Made by a program: the position numbers and the translations under genes. A stretch of DNA of 49,989 nt, taken from the NCBI GenBank assembly GCA_007118445.1, contig SKRP01000134.1, positions 1-49,989 on the forward strand, in the 5' to 3' direction. Source of the DNA: Natronohydrobacter sp. GTDB lineage: Bacteria > Pseudomonadota > Alphaproteobacteria > Rhodobacterales > Rhodobacteraceae. The notes below the pieces were generated by a model that was not told the DNA's origin, did not search any database, and saw nothing but the letters and a program-made list of their open reading frames with translations. Positions 1 to 8,415 of the stretch are shown piece by piece (position 1 is the first letter of the stretch; every line of letters begins with the position of its first letter).

Positions 1-1
1 C

Positions 2-337
2 CGGGTGCAGGATCTGGAACGGCGCGGGGTTATCAAAGGCTATCGCGCTGTGATTGACCGGGTCCAGACCGGGACCGGGTTCATCGCCTATGTGACGGTG
101 GGGCTATCGCGCCACACCAAATCGGCGCAGGCAGAATTCGAGCGGCTGATGCAGGCCGCCCCGCAAGTGCGCGAGTGCCACAATATCACCGGCACGGTCG
201 AATATCTGCTGCGCATCGAGGCGCGCGATCTGGCGGCCTATAAACAGTTTCACACCGATTACATGGGGGCCTTCCCGCATCTGGAGCGGCTGACGACGAT
301 GGTGGTCATGGGATCACCCAAGGATGAACGCGCCTGA
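2..337 (+). CDS. Lrp/AsnC family transcriptional regulator (5' truncated by window edge)
   Basis: LERRGVIKGYRAVID at the end of the HTH, then a RAM domain (VRECHNITGTVEYLLRI); the frame is open to the window start. Confidence 0.9.
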   Translation, partial: RVQDLERRGVIKGYRAVIDRVQTGTGFIAYVTVGLSRHTKSAQAEFERLMQAAPQVRECHNITGTVEYLLRIEARDLAAYKQFHTDYMGAFPHLERLTTMVVMGSPKDERA

Positions 338-401
338 GCACAGATTCTGCGTGCATTTGAACAAGATCAGGCTATGCTGCGGCGCGGCAGAGGAGCAGGG
401 C

Positions 402-1046
402 ATGAGCAAAGGCAAGGTCATCACCATCGCGCAGCAGAAAGGCGGGTCAGGCAAGACCACGCTGGCGGTCAATCTGGGTGTGATGCTGGCGCGCAAGGGC
501 GCGCGTGTGGCGTATCTTGACACGGACCCGCAAGGCTCGCTCGGGCGCTGGTTCATGACACGGCACGAAGCCGGGCGCGCAGAGGGGATGGAATTCTCGA
601 CCGCCTCGGCCTGGGGTGTCGGCTATGAGGTCGGCAAGCTGCGTGATATGGCCGATTTCGTGATCATCGACACGCCGCCCAAGGCGGATTCCGACCTTCG
701 TCCGGCTTTGCGCGCAGCAGATCTGGTGCTCGTGCCGGTTGCGAGCAGCCATGTGGATCTCTGGGCCACGGATGGCGTGCTGGATCTGGCGCGGCGCGAA
801 GGCCGCGCGGTGCTGGTCGTGCTGAACCGCGCCCGCCCAGGCACCCGGCTGGGGGCCGAGATCGTGGAAGCGGCACAGTCGCTGGACGCGACACTTGCGG
901 AAACCCAGGTCGCCAATCGTGTGGCCTATGCCGAAACGCTGGGTCAGGGCTTCGGCGGGATCGAGGGTGCACGCAACCCGGCAGTGCGCATCGAGCTTGA
1001 GACGCTTCTGGCCGAAGTCGAAGCGCAGCTTGAACAGGCGGACTGA
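402..1046 (+). CDS. ParA-family (short, orphan) ATPase
   Basis: Deviant Walker [16 protein letters not shown] and IIDTPP; GAGGAG RBS before ATG 402. Confidence 0.85.
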   Translation: MSKGKVITIAQQKGGSGKTTLAVNLGVMLARKGARVAYLDTDPQGSLGRWFMTRHEAGRAEGMEFSTASAWGVGYEVGKLRDMADFVIIDTPPKADSDLRPALRAADLVLVPVASSHVDLWATDGVLDLARREGRAVLVVLNRARPGTRLGAEIVEAAQSLDATLAETQVANRVAYAETLGQGFGGIEGARNPAVRIELETLLAEVEAQLEQAD

Positions 1047-1057
1047 CCCGGCCCATA

Positions 1058-1086
1058 TGGACGCGGCAGGATGTCTGCGCTATCAG
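1058..1086 (+). promoter_or_regulatory. Candidate sigma70 promoter of aroA
   Basis: TGGACG-17 nt-TATCAG, an alphaproteobacterial-type -10 lacking the last T. Confidence 0.35.
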
Positions 1087-1120
1087 CGCGGCGACCCGTC
1101 CCATGCTGAAAGGTGCCCCT

Positions 1121-2461
1121 ATGTCCGGCCACGGTCCTGCCATCCCGATGACGTCGCATAAATCCGGCCCGCTTAGGGGCGTCGCAGAGGTTCCGGGCGA
1201 CAAGTCGATTTCGCATCGCGCGCTGATCCTCGGGGCGCTTTCTGTGGGGGAAACCCGGATCACCGGGTTGCTGGAAGGACAGGATGTGCTGGACACGGCC
1301 AGGGCGATGCGTGCGTTCGGCGCGACAGTCACACAGCACGGCCCCGGCGCATGGTCCGTGCAAGGCGTGGGTGTGGGCGGCTTTGCCGAACCCGCGAATG
1401 TGATCGATTGCGGCAATTCCGGAACCGGCGTGCGGCTGATCATGGGGGCGATGGCCACAACGGATATCGCGGCCACTTTCACCGGCGATGCCAGCCTGAA
1501 TAAACGCCCGATGGGGCGCGTGACTGATCCGCTGGCGCTGTTTGGCGCGCAGGCTTACGGGCGCCGCGGCGGGCGGCTGCCGCTGACGCTGATCGGCGCG
1601 GCAGAGCCAATGCCGGTGGAATACCGCCTGCCGATGCCCTCGGCGCAGGTGAAATCGGCGGTGCTGCTGGCGGGGCTGAATGCACCGGGCCAGACCATCG
1701 TGATCGAGCAAGAGCCGACCCGCGATCATACCGAGCGGATGCTGCGCGGCTTCGGGGCCGAAATCACGGTGGAGGATACGCCAGAGGGCCGCGTGATCAC
1801 CCTGACGGGGCAACCCGAGTTGCGCGGACAGACTGTCTCGGTGCCGCGTGATCCGTCCTCGGCGGCCTTTCCGGTCTGCGCGGCGCTTCTGGTGCCGGGG
1901 TCAGAGGTCTTCGTGCCCGGTGTCAGCCAGAACCCGACCCGCAACGGGATCTTCCTGACGCTGCAGGAGATGGGCGCCGATCTGGTGCTGGAAAACCCGC
2001 GCGAGGAGGGCGGCGAGCCAGTGGCCGATCTGCGCGTGCGTTTCTCGGCGCTGAAAGGCATCGAGGTGCCCCCCGAACGCGCCGCAAGCATGATCGACGA
2101 ATATCCGATCCTGTCGGCACTCGCCGCGACGGCAGAGGGCAAGACGGTGATGCGCGGGGTCAGGGAATTGCGGGTGAAGGAATCCGACCGGATCGATGCG
2201 ATGGCGCGGGGCCTGGAAGCCTGCGGTGTCCGGGTCGAGGAAACCGAGGACACATTCACTGTGCATGGCATGGCCGAAGTGCCGGGCGGGGCGACTGTGC
2301 GCAGTCATCTCGATCACCGGATCGCGATGAGTTTCCTGTGTCTGGGCATGGCCTCGGCGCGACCGATCACAGTCGATGACGCGACCCCGATTGCCACGTC
2401 ATTTCCTGTCTTCGGGCCACTGATGTCGGGGCTCGGGGCAAAACTCACGCAAGACAGCTGA
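1121..2461 (+). CDS. aroA: 3-phosphoshikimate 1-carboxyvinyltransferase (EPSP synthase, class II)
   Basis: [34 protein letters not shown] and DHRIAM motifs; alternative start at 1103. Confidence 0.97.
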   Translation: MSGHGPAIPMTSHKSGPLRGVAEVPGDKSISHRALILGALSVGETRITGLLEGQDVLDTARAMRAFGATVTQHGPGAWSVQGVGVGGFAEPANVIDCGNSGTGVRLIMGAMATTDIAATFTGDASLNKRPMGRVTDPLALFGAQAYGRRGGRLPLTLIGAAEPMPVEYRLPMPSAQVKSAVLLAGLNAPGQTIVIEQEPTRDHTERMLRGFGAEITVEDTPEGRVITLTGQPELRGQTVSVPRDPSSAAFPVCAALLVPGSEVFVPGVSQNPTRNGIFLTLQEMGADLVLENPREEGGEPVADLRVRFSALKGIEVPPERAASMIDEYPILSALAATAEGKTVMRGVRELRVKESDRIDAMARGLEACGVRVEETEDTFTVHGMAEVPGGATVRSHLDHRIAMSFLCLGMASARPITVDDATPIATSFPVFGPLMSGLGAKLTQDS

Positions 2462-2488
2462 CGTAAGGTGCGTGCTCAAGCACGCACC

Positions 2489-3289
2489 CTACCTACCGGC
2501 CTGATGGCCGTCCTGCGCAAGCAGATCCGGCCTGCGCGCTTCGGTCAGCGCCTCGGCCTGCGCGCGCCGCCAGCGCGCGATCTCGGCATGGTTCCCCGAC
2601 AACAGCACAGGCGGGATTTCCCGCCCCTGCCATTCGGCAGGCCGCGTATATTGCGGATGCTCCAGCAACCCAGCCGAAAAGCTCTCTTCCTCGACCGAGG
2701 CCGCATTGCCCAGCACCTCCGGCAACAGCCGCACGGTCGCGTCGATCATCGCCTGCGCGGCCAATTCGCCCCCGGTCAGGACGAAATCGCCCAGACTGAC
2801 CTCTTCAATGCCATAATGATCGATCACGCGCTGGTCGATCCCCTCGAATCGCCCGCAAATCATCGTGATCCCGCGCGCCTGCGACCAGTCCCGCGCAAGG
2901 GCCTGCGTAAAGGGCCGCCCGCGCGGGCTAAGGCAGACCAGAGGCCATGCGCGCCGGTCCCCGGGCACCCCGCGCATCGCCATATCAACCGCCCGCCCCA
3001 GCACATCAGCGCGCAGCACCATCCCCGCACCACCCCCTGCCGGGGTATCATCGACATTGCGATGCTTGCCGATCCCGAACGGGCGCAGGTCGATGGCCTC
3101 CAGCCCCCAAAGCCCCTCGTTCAGGGCCTTGCCGGTCAGCGACAGGCCAAGCACGCCCGGAAAAGCTTCGGGAAACAGCGTGATGATCCGTGCCTGCCAG
3201 GCCATCGCCGGCGTGCCGCGCTTTTCCAGCGAGCGCGGCACCAGCGATGGTGTGATTGTCAGCCGTCCCGTCGCGCGCCGTATGGTCAT
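2489..3289 (-). CDS. trmD: tRNA (guanine-N1)-methyltransferase
   Basis: [35 protein letters not shown] and [10 protein letters not shown]; ATGA overlap with the rimM stop (alternative start 3205). Confidence 0.96.
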   Translation of the reverse strand: MTIRRATGRLTITPSLVPRSLEKRGTPAMAWQARIITLFPEAFPGVLGLSLTGKALNEGLWGLEAIDLRPFGIGKHRNVDDTPAGGGAGMVLRADVLGRAVDMAMRGVPGDRRAWPLVCLSPRGRPFTQALARDWSQARGITMICGRFEGIDQRVIDHYGIEEVSLGDFVLTGGELAAQAMIDATVRLLPEVLGNAASVEEESFSAGLLEHPQYTRPAEWQGREIPPVLLSGNHAEIARWRRAQAEALTEARRPDLLAQDGHQAGR

Positions 3290-3792
3290 TCGAACAAACC
3301 TTCGGGCGGGTCGGCGATGATCCGACGCGCCCCCAGATCGACAGTCGGAACCACTACCTGGGTGAAAGGCAACAAAACCGTGGCAGATTTGCCGGGCGCC
3401 ACCAGCTCCAAGAGATCAGAGGCCCCGTGATTGAGCACCGCCTTGACCTGCCCCAGAGCTTTCCCGCCTGTGTCAAACACTTCCAGCCCGATCAGATCCG
3501 CGTGATAAAACTCATCATCCGGCAGGCCCGGCAACTGGTCGCGCTCGGCAAAAAGCCGCAGCCCACGCAGCGCATCCGCCGCTTCCTTGCTCGCAACCCC
3601 GCTCAGTCGCGCAGCAAACCCTTGCGCGACCTGCGCCCCAAGCGTCACTGTAAACTGCCGCCCATCCTCGGACCAGAGCGGCCCGTAACCGGCAATCGCC
3701 CGTGGCTCTGCACAAAAGCTCTTCAGACGCACCTCGCCTTGCACGCCATAGGCGCCCGCGATAGCTCCGACACAGATGCGCGATCCTGTCAT
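3286..3792 (-). CDS. rimM: Ribosome maturation factor RimM
   Basis: [21 protein letters not shown] and HGASDLLE; lies between rpsP and trmD. Confidence 0.95.
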   Translation of the reverse strand: MTGSRICVGAIAGAYGVQGEVRLKSFCAEPRAIAGYGPLWSEDGRQFTVTLGAQVAQGFAARLSGVASKEAADALRGLRLFAERDQLPGLPDDEFYHADLIGLEVFDTGGKALGQVKAVLNHGASDLLELVAPGKSATVLLPFTQVVVPTVDLGARRIIADPPEGLFE

Positions 3793-3796
3793 ACGG

Positions 3797-3872
3797 CCTT
3801 CATCTTGCCAAAAATACTCTCGGGGGGTGAATTGGTCCGGAACAGGCCAAGAGGGGGGCAGACAGCCCCCCT
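3797..3872 (+). repeat. Dispersed structured intergenic repeat, copy A (long form)
   Basis: CCTTCATCTTGCCAAAAATACTCTCGGGGGGTGAA, an internal hairpin and terminal hairpin AGGGGGGC-AGACA-GCCCCCCT; near-identical to 16035-16106. Confidence 0.85.
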
Positions 3873-3882
3873 GATCTGGCGA

Positions 3883-4230
3883 TTATTCCGCCGCTTCAGA
3901 CTTGGCCGCTTTCTCAGCCGCGCGCTCCTTGGCTTTCTTGCCCGGCTCGGCCTTTTTCAGATTGGCACGGGTAGCCCTGGGGCGTGCGCCAGCGGCCTCA
4001 AGGAAACGCGCCACGCGATCAGTGGGCTGCGCGCCCAGGTCCAGCCAGTGCTGCACGCGCTCCATATCCATTTTCACGCGGTCCTCGCTGTCCTTGGCCA
4101 GCAGTGGGTTATAGGTGCCGATTTTCTCCAGAAAGCGGCCATCGCGCGGCATGCGCGAATCGGACACCACGATCGCGTAATGCGGACGCTTCTTTGCCCC
4201 ACCACGGGCCAGACGGATTTTAACAGCCAT
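3883..4230 (-). CDS. rpsP: 30S ribosomal protein S16
   Basis: [18 protein letters not shown]...[14 protein letters not shown]...GAQPTDRV. Confidence 0.98.
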   Translation of the reverse strand: MAVKIRLARGGAKKRPHYAIVVSDSRMPRDGRFLEKIGTYNPLLAKDSEDRVKMDMERVQHWLDLGAQPTDRVARFLEAAGARPRATRANLKKAEPGKKAKERAAEKAAKSEAAE

Positions 4231-4282
4231 ATCAGTTTCTCCTTTGGATGGCGTTTGCGCGACATTTCCCGTCGCGCGGATT

Positions 4283-4588
4283 TCAGCGTTGCAGATTCTC
4301 GTGGTGACGGATCACTTCCGAGATGATGAAATGCAGGAATTTCCTGGCAAATTCCGGGTCAAGATCAGCCTCTTCGGCCAACCATTCCAGCCGCTCGATC
4401 TGGCGCTCTTCGCGGGCCGGATCCGAGGGGGGAAGCTGATGCTCGGCTTTCAGACGGCCCACAGCCTGCGTGTGCTTGAACCGCTCGCCCAAGGTATAGA
4501 CAAGGATCGCGTCCAGCCGGTCGATACTGTCACGGTGACCCGCAAGCAATTCGGCGGCGCGCTCAGAGGCATCGGGCAGCGCAGTCAT
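4283..4588 (-). CDS. Chorismate mutase (AroQ type, monofunctional)
   Basis: [19 protein letters not shown]...VGRLKA...DPARE; usual position between ffh and rpsP. Confidence 0.88.
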   Translation of the reverse strand: MTALPDASERAAELLAGHRDSIDRLDAILVYTLGERFKHTQAVGRLKAEHQLPPSDPAREERQIERLEWLAEEADLDPEFARKFLHFIISEVIRHHENLQR

Positions 4589-6090
4589 TTCTTGCGCCCC
4601 ATGCCAAGCCCGGACAGGCCACCAGGCAGGCGCATCCCGCCCATGCCGGGACCGCCCATGCCGGGCATCTTCATGCCCTCGCTCATGCCCCGGCCCAATT
4701 CGCTGAGTTGTTCGGGCGACATCTGCGACGGGTCCGGCGCGCCTTTGCCCTTGCCCATCATCCCGGCCATGGCCTGTTTCAGCATGCCCTTCTTGCCCAT
4801 GGTCTTCATCATGTCGGCCATCTGGCGATGCTGTTTCAGAAGCTTGTTCAGGTCGGACACTTCCAGCCCCGCACCCGCGGCGATCCGCTTCTTGCGGCTG
4901 GCCTGCAGGATCGCCGGATTGGCGCGCTCCTTCTTCGTCATCGAATTGATCAGCGCAACCTGACGCTTGAGCATGCTGTCATCAAACCCGGCCGCTTCGG
5001 CCTGTTTCGACATCTTGGCCATGCCCGGCATCATGCCCATGAGCGACTGCATGCCGCCCATCTTCATCATCTGCTCAAGCTGCATCTTCAGGTCGTTCAT
5101 GTTGAACTGACCTTTCTGGAAGCGCTTCATCATGCGTTCGGCCTGTTCGACCTCCAGAACTTCCTGCGCTTTTTCCACAAGGGCCACGATATCGCCCATG
5201 CCCAGAATGCGGCCTGCAACGCGCTTGGGATCAAAGACCTCCAGCGCATCGGTCTTTTCGCCCAGGCCCACAAAGCGGATCGGCTTGCCGGTCACGGCCC
5301 GCATCGACAGCGCCGCGCCGCCGCGCCCGTCACCATCCATCCGCGTCAGAACGACACCGGTCACGCCGACCTTGCCATCAAACTCGGCGGCCACGTTCAC
5401 GGCGTCCTGTCTGGTCAGGCCGTCAACGACCAGAAGCGTTTCGCGCGGGCTGACCGCATCGCGCACCGCCTGCACCTCGTCCATCAGCACTTCATCGATA
5501 TGCAACCGGCCAGCCGTGTCGAGCAGATAGATATCATAGCCGCCGAGCGTGGCCTGCTGCTTGGCGCGCTTGGCGATTTCGACCGCGCTCTGGCCCTTGA
5601 CGATGGGCAGCGTGTCAACGCCGATCTGAGTGCCGAGGATCGCAAGCTGCTCCATCGCGGCGGGGCGATTGGTGTCAAGCGAGGCCATCAGCACGCGCTT
5701 GCCCTCGCGCTCGGACAGGCGGCGGGCGAGCTTTGCCGTGGTCGTGGTTTTCCCAGAACCCTGCAGACCCACCATCAGAACCGGCGCAGGCGGGTTGTCG
5801 ATTTTCAGCCGACCTGCATCCTCATCGCCTTCCAGCGTGGCGATCAGTTCATCATGCACGATCTTGACGACCTGCTGGCCCGGCGTGATCGATTTCGTGA
5901 CCGCAGCGCCTGTGGCCTTTTTCTGCACCCGCTTGATGAAATCGCGGGTCACAGGCAGCGAGACATCGGCCTCCAGCAGTGCAACACGCACTTCGCGCAG
6001 GGCCGTGCGCACATCATCCTCGGTCAGCGCACCCTGTTTCGTCAGCCGGTCGAAAACCCCGGACAGGCGTTCAGAGAGGGTCTCGAACAT
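4585..6090 (-). CDS. ffh: Signal recognition particle protein Ffh
   Basis: ALLEADV, GLQGSGKTTT, DTAGR, DGDGRGGA and a Met-rich M domain with SRKKRIAAGAG; AAGGAGA RBS before ATG 6090. Confidence 0.97.
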   Translation of the reverse strand: MFETLSERLSGVFDRLTKQGALTEDDVRTALREVRVALLEADVSLPVTRDFIKRVQKKATGAAVTKSITPGQQVVKIVHDELIATLEGDEDAGRLKIDNPPAPVLMVGLQGSGKTTTTAKLARRLSEREGKRVLMASLDTNRPAAMEQLAILGTQIGVDTLPIVKGQSAVEIAKRAKQQATLGGYDIYLLDTAGRLHIDEVLMDEVQAVRDAVSPRETLLVVDGLTRQDAVNVAAEFDGKVGVTGVVLTRMDGDGRGGAALSMRAVTGKPIRFVGLGEKTDALEVFDPKRVAGRILGMGDIVALVEKAQEVLEVEQAERMMKRFQKGQFNMNDLKMQLEQMMKMGGMQSLMGMMPGMAKMSKQAEAAGFDDSMLKRQVALINSMTKKERANPAILQASRKKRIAAGAGLEVSDLNKLLKQHRQMADMMKTMGKKGMLKQAMAGMMGKGKGAPDPSQMSPEQLSELGRGMSEGMKMPGMGGPGMGGMRLPGGLSGLGMGRKK

Positions 6091-6133
6091 GCGCATCTCC
6101 TTGCCCGGTCAGGGGCATTCCAAACCAGTGTTG

Positions 6134-6205
6134 CACCCATGGGCGCAACGCGCTGATGGGTGGCGATCCTTGACATGACCAAGGACCGGAAGCATGAACC
6201 TCCGG
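6134..6205 (-). ncRNA. ffh 5' leader RNA (alphaproteobacterial ffh motif)
   Basis: Hairpin CACCCAT-CAGCGCGTTGCGCCC-ATGGGTG plus two further stems between the promoter and the ffh start; resembles the Rfam ffh motif as I recall it. Confidence 0.6.
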
Positions 6206-6217
6206 ACAGATGCTCGG

Positions 6218-6246
6218 GCGTTACGCCTGAAATCGGCCTGAGTCAA
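6218..6246 (-). promoter_or_regulatory. Candidate sigma70 promoter of the ffh operon
   Basis: TTGACT-17 nt-TAACGC on the minus strand, directly upstream of the structured leader. Confidence 0.5.
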
Positions 6247-6335
6247 GTCGGCAGAGGCAATGGCTTGCAGATTCGTGACTTGATCTTTCGTTTGGCGACC
6301 ACATGCTCATCTCATAATCGCAAGAGGAGAGCACC

Positions 6336-7472
6336 ATGACCTATCGCACGGTTCTGGGCAGTGCGGCCACAATTATGGCACTGTCGCTTCCGGCCTATTC
6401 CGGTCAGGGATATGCGGTCGAAACACTGGTTGAGGGGCTCGATCGCCCCTGGGGGATGGCCTTTCTGCCGGATCAGGGCGACCTGATCATGACCCTGCGC
6501 GGCGGGGAGCTGGTGCTGTGGGACGCGGAGTCCGGCCTGACCCCGATCAGCGGCGCGCCGGATGTCGTGGCGCAGGGGCAAGGCGGGCTGCTGGATATCG
6601 CTGTCGGGCCGGATTTCGGCGAAACCGGCTTTGTCTACATGACCTGGGCCGGCGCGCTGGACGGGGGGACCACCACCCATGTCGGACGCGCCCGGCTTGA
6701 CCGCGACGCCGCTGCAGTCACGGATCTGGAAATCCTGCATGTGGTCCGGCCTGCGATCAATAGCGGTGCGCATTTCGGGTCGCGCATCGTGTTTCAGGAC
6801 GGCCATCTCTTTGCCGGTTTCGGCGATCGTGGCAGCAAGGATTTTTCCGAAGCGCATATTTCGCAGGATCTGGGCAGTGAAAACGGTGCCGTGATCCGGA
6901 TCACGCCAGAGGGCAACATTCCGGCGGATAACCCCTTTGTCGATCACGACGGTGCCGCTGGCGCGATCTGGTCCTATGGGCACCGCAACATTCAGGCCAT
7001 GACCATCCATCCCGAAACCGGGGCGGTCTGGCTGGCCGAACATGGCGAGGCCGGGGGCGATGAGGTCAATATCGTCGAGCGGGCCGGGAATTTCGGCTGG
7101 CCGCTGGCCTCTTTCGGGGTGACCTATCGCGGCGGCAATGTCTTCGCCCCGCCGCATCAGGAGGGTGACGGCTTTGTCGCGCCGGTCCATCACTGGCCCG
7201 CAGGACGCGAGGCGCATAATCCGCCTTCGGGGATGACCTTTTATACAGGTGACGCATTTCCGGACTGGCAAGGCCATTTGCTGCTTGGCAACCTGTTCCA
7301 TCGCTATCTCGGGCTGTATTCGGAAAATGACGGGCAGCTGACCGAGCTGGCGCGTCTTCTCGATGGTGCGGATCTGCGGATCCGGGATGTCGCGGTCGGC
7401 CCCGAGGACGGGTTCATCTATGTTCTGGCCGATGGCGAGAATGTGCCGCTGCTGCGGCTCGTGCCAGAGTGA
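6336..7472 (+). CDS. PQQ-dependent sugar (glucose/sorbosone, YliI-like) dehydrogenase, secreted
   Basis: Signal peptide; GLDRPWGMAF, GQGGLLDI, HFGSRI, WSYGHRNIQ, EHG..GGDEVN and RIRDV; GAGGAG RBS. Confidence 0.92.
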   Translation: MTYRTVLGSAATIMALSLPAYSGQGYAVETLVEGLDRPWGMAFLPDQGDLIMTLRGGELVLWDAESGLTPISGAPDVVAQGQGGLLDIAVGPDFGETGFVYMTWAGALDGGTTTHVGRARLDRDAAAVTDLEILHVVRPAINSGAHFGSRIVFQDGHLFAGFGDRGSKDFSEAHISQDLGSENGAVIRITPEGNIPADNPFVDHDGAAGAIWSYGHRNIQAMTIHPETGAVWLAEHGEAGGDEVNIVERAGNFGWPLASFGVTYRGGNVFAPPHQEGDGFVAPVHHWPAGREAHNPPSGMTFYTGDAFPDWQGHLLLGNLFHRYLGLYSENDGQLTELARLLDGADLRIRDVAVGPEDGFIYVLADGENVPLLRLVPE

Positions 7473-7646
7473 AGCGGCCCTGGCGCCGGATGCATGGCAG
7501 TCCGGCGCGCTGGCCTCAGGCCGGTAACCACCGCAGCAACGGCGACCAGCGACCGTGCCCTGCACGCGGCGCATAGTCTCTGGCCCATCGTCCCATGCGC
7601 GACGATCCAGCCTGACCACGTCACGAAAAGGTGCTGATACCTGAAC

Positions 7647-7731
7647 TGGTGCGGGTGGAGGGACTTGAACCCCCACGCCTTGCGGCGCCAGAACCTAAAT
7701 CTGGTGCGTCTGCCAATTTCGCCACACCCGC
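7647..7731 (-). tRNA. tRNA-Leu (anticodon TAG)
   Basis: GCGGGTGTGGCGAAATTGGCAGACGCACCAGATTTAGGTTCTGGCGCCGCAAGGCGTGGGGGTTCAAGTCCCTCCACCCGCACCA; 85 nt with long variable arm and encoded CCA. Confidence 0.97.
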
Positions 7732-7871
7732 ATCCTGCGCTCTGTTAGCAAATGCCCGTACCGGATGCGAGCGGAAAAAACCTGCCCGCAATCTTGCAAG
7801 GTCTCGCCGCATTTTTGCCCGAATTCCCCATCATTGTTGCGATAACAGAGACAATCTTGATCGGTCAGTAT

Positions 7872-7886
7872 TTACCTTGCGGTTAC
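7872..7886. promoter_or_regulatory. CtrA-like box upstream of Hint-domain gene
   Basis: TTAC-N7-TTAC versus the CtrA consensus TTAA-N7-TTAA; a second GCAA-N7-TTAA ends just before the RBS. Confidence 0.3.
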
Positions 7887-7923
7887 ATTTCTGTCGCAAG
7901 GTTGCGTTAAGGAGATTCGCGCC

Positions 7924-8415
7924 ATGTTCAGCTCGACCATAAGCCTCGCCCCGCCCCTTGCACGCCCTGCAACGCGCCCTGCTGCCCTGCCGGGTTTCGC
8001 TGCGGGCACCTTGCTGCGTACGATCACAGGGCCGCGCGCGGTCGAACGGATCATGGCGGGCGATCTGCTGCTGGATCGCGATGGGCAGATCATCGAGCTG
8101 CGCAGCCTGCATCAGCGCCATGCGCCAGCGCGCGCGCTGGTCGAAATCACCACGACCGCGCTGGGAACCGGACACGCAACCATGCCCGACCATGGGACAT
8201 TGCTTGTGGGGGCCGGTCAGAAGCTGGAAATCCGCGACTGGCGCAGTGATCTGATCTATGGCGAGCCTGTGCTGACAAAGGCGCAAGCGCTGATCGATCA
8301 GGCCACAGTGACCTGGTCCAGACGCAGCGCGCGTCTCTACTGTCCCGGCTTCGACCGTGATTGCGTGATCATGGCGAACGGGGTGCCTGCTCTGGTGCGC
8401 GCATCAGAAACCTGA
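7924..8415 (+). CDS. Stand-alone Hint (Hint_2 / BIL-like) domain protein, degenerate
   Basis: PGFAAGTLLRTITGPRAVERIMAGDLLLDRDG matches the Hint N-terminal block; C-terminal IMANG; AAGGAG RBS. Confidence 0.75.
   Translation: MFSSTISLAPPLARPATRPAALPGFAAGTLLRTITGPRAVERIMAGDLLLDRDGQIIELRSLHQRHAPARALVEITTTALGTGHATMPDHGTLLVGAGQKLEIRDWRSDLIYGEPVLTKAQALIDQATVTWSRRSARLYCPGFDRDCVIMANGVPALVRASET

Noticed and set aside
4257-4277. Hairpin GCGCGAC-N7-GTCGCGC upstream of rpsP as an autoregulatory element
   Set aside because: Short GC-rich stem with no other support
6250-7731. Genomic island integrated at tRNA-Leu
   Set aside because: No integrase and no duplicated tRNA 3' end seen; only one metabolic gene lies downstream
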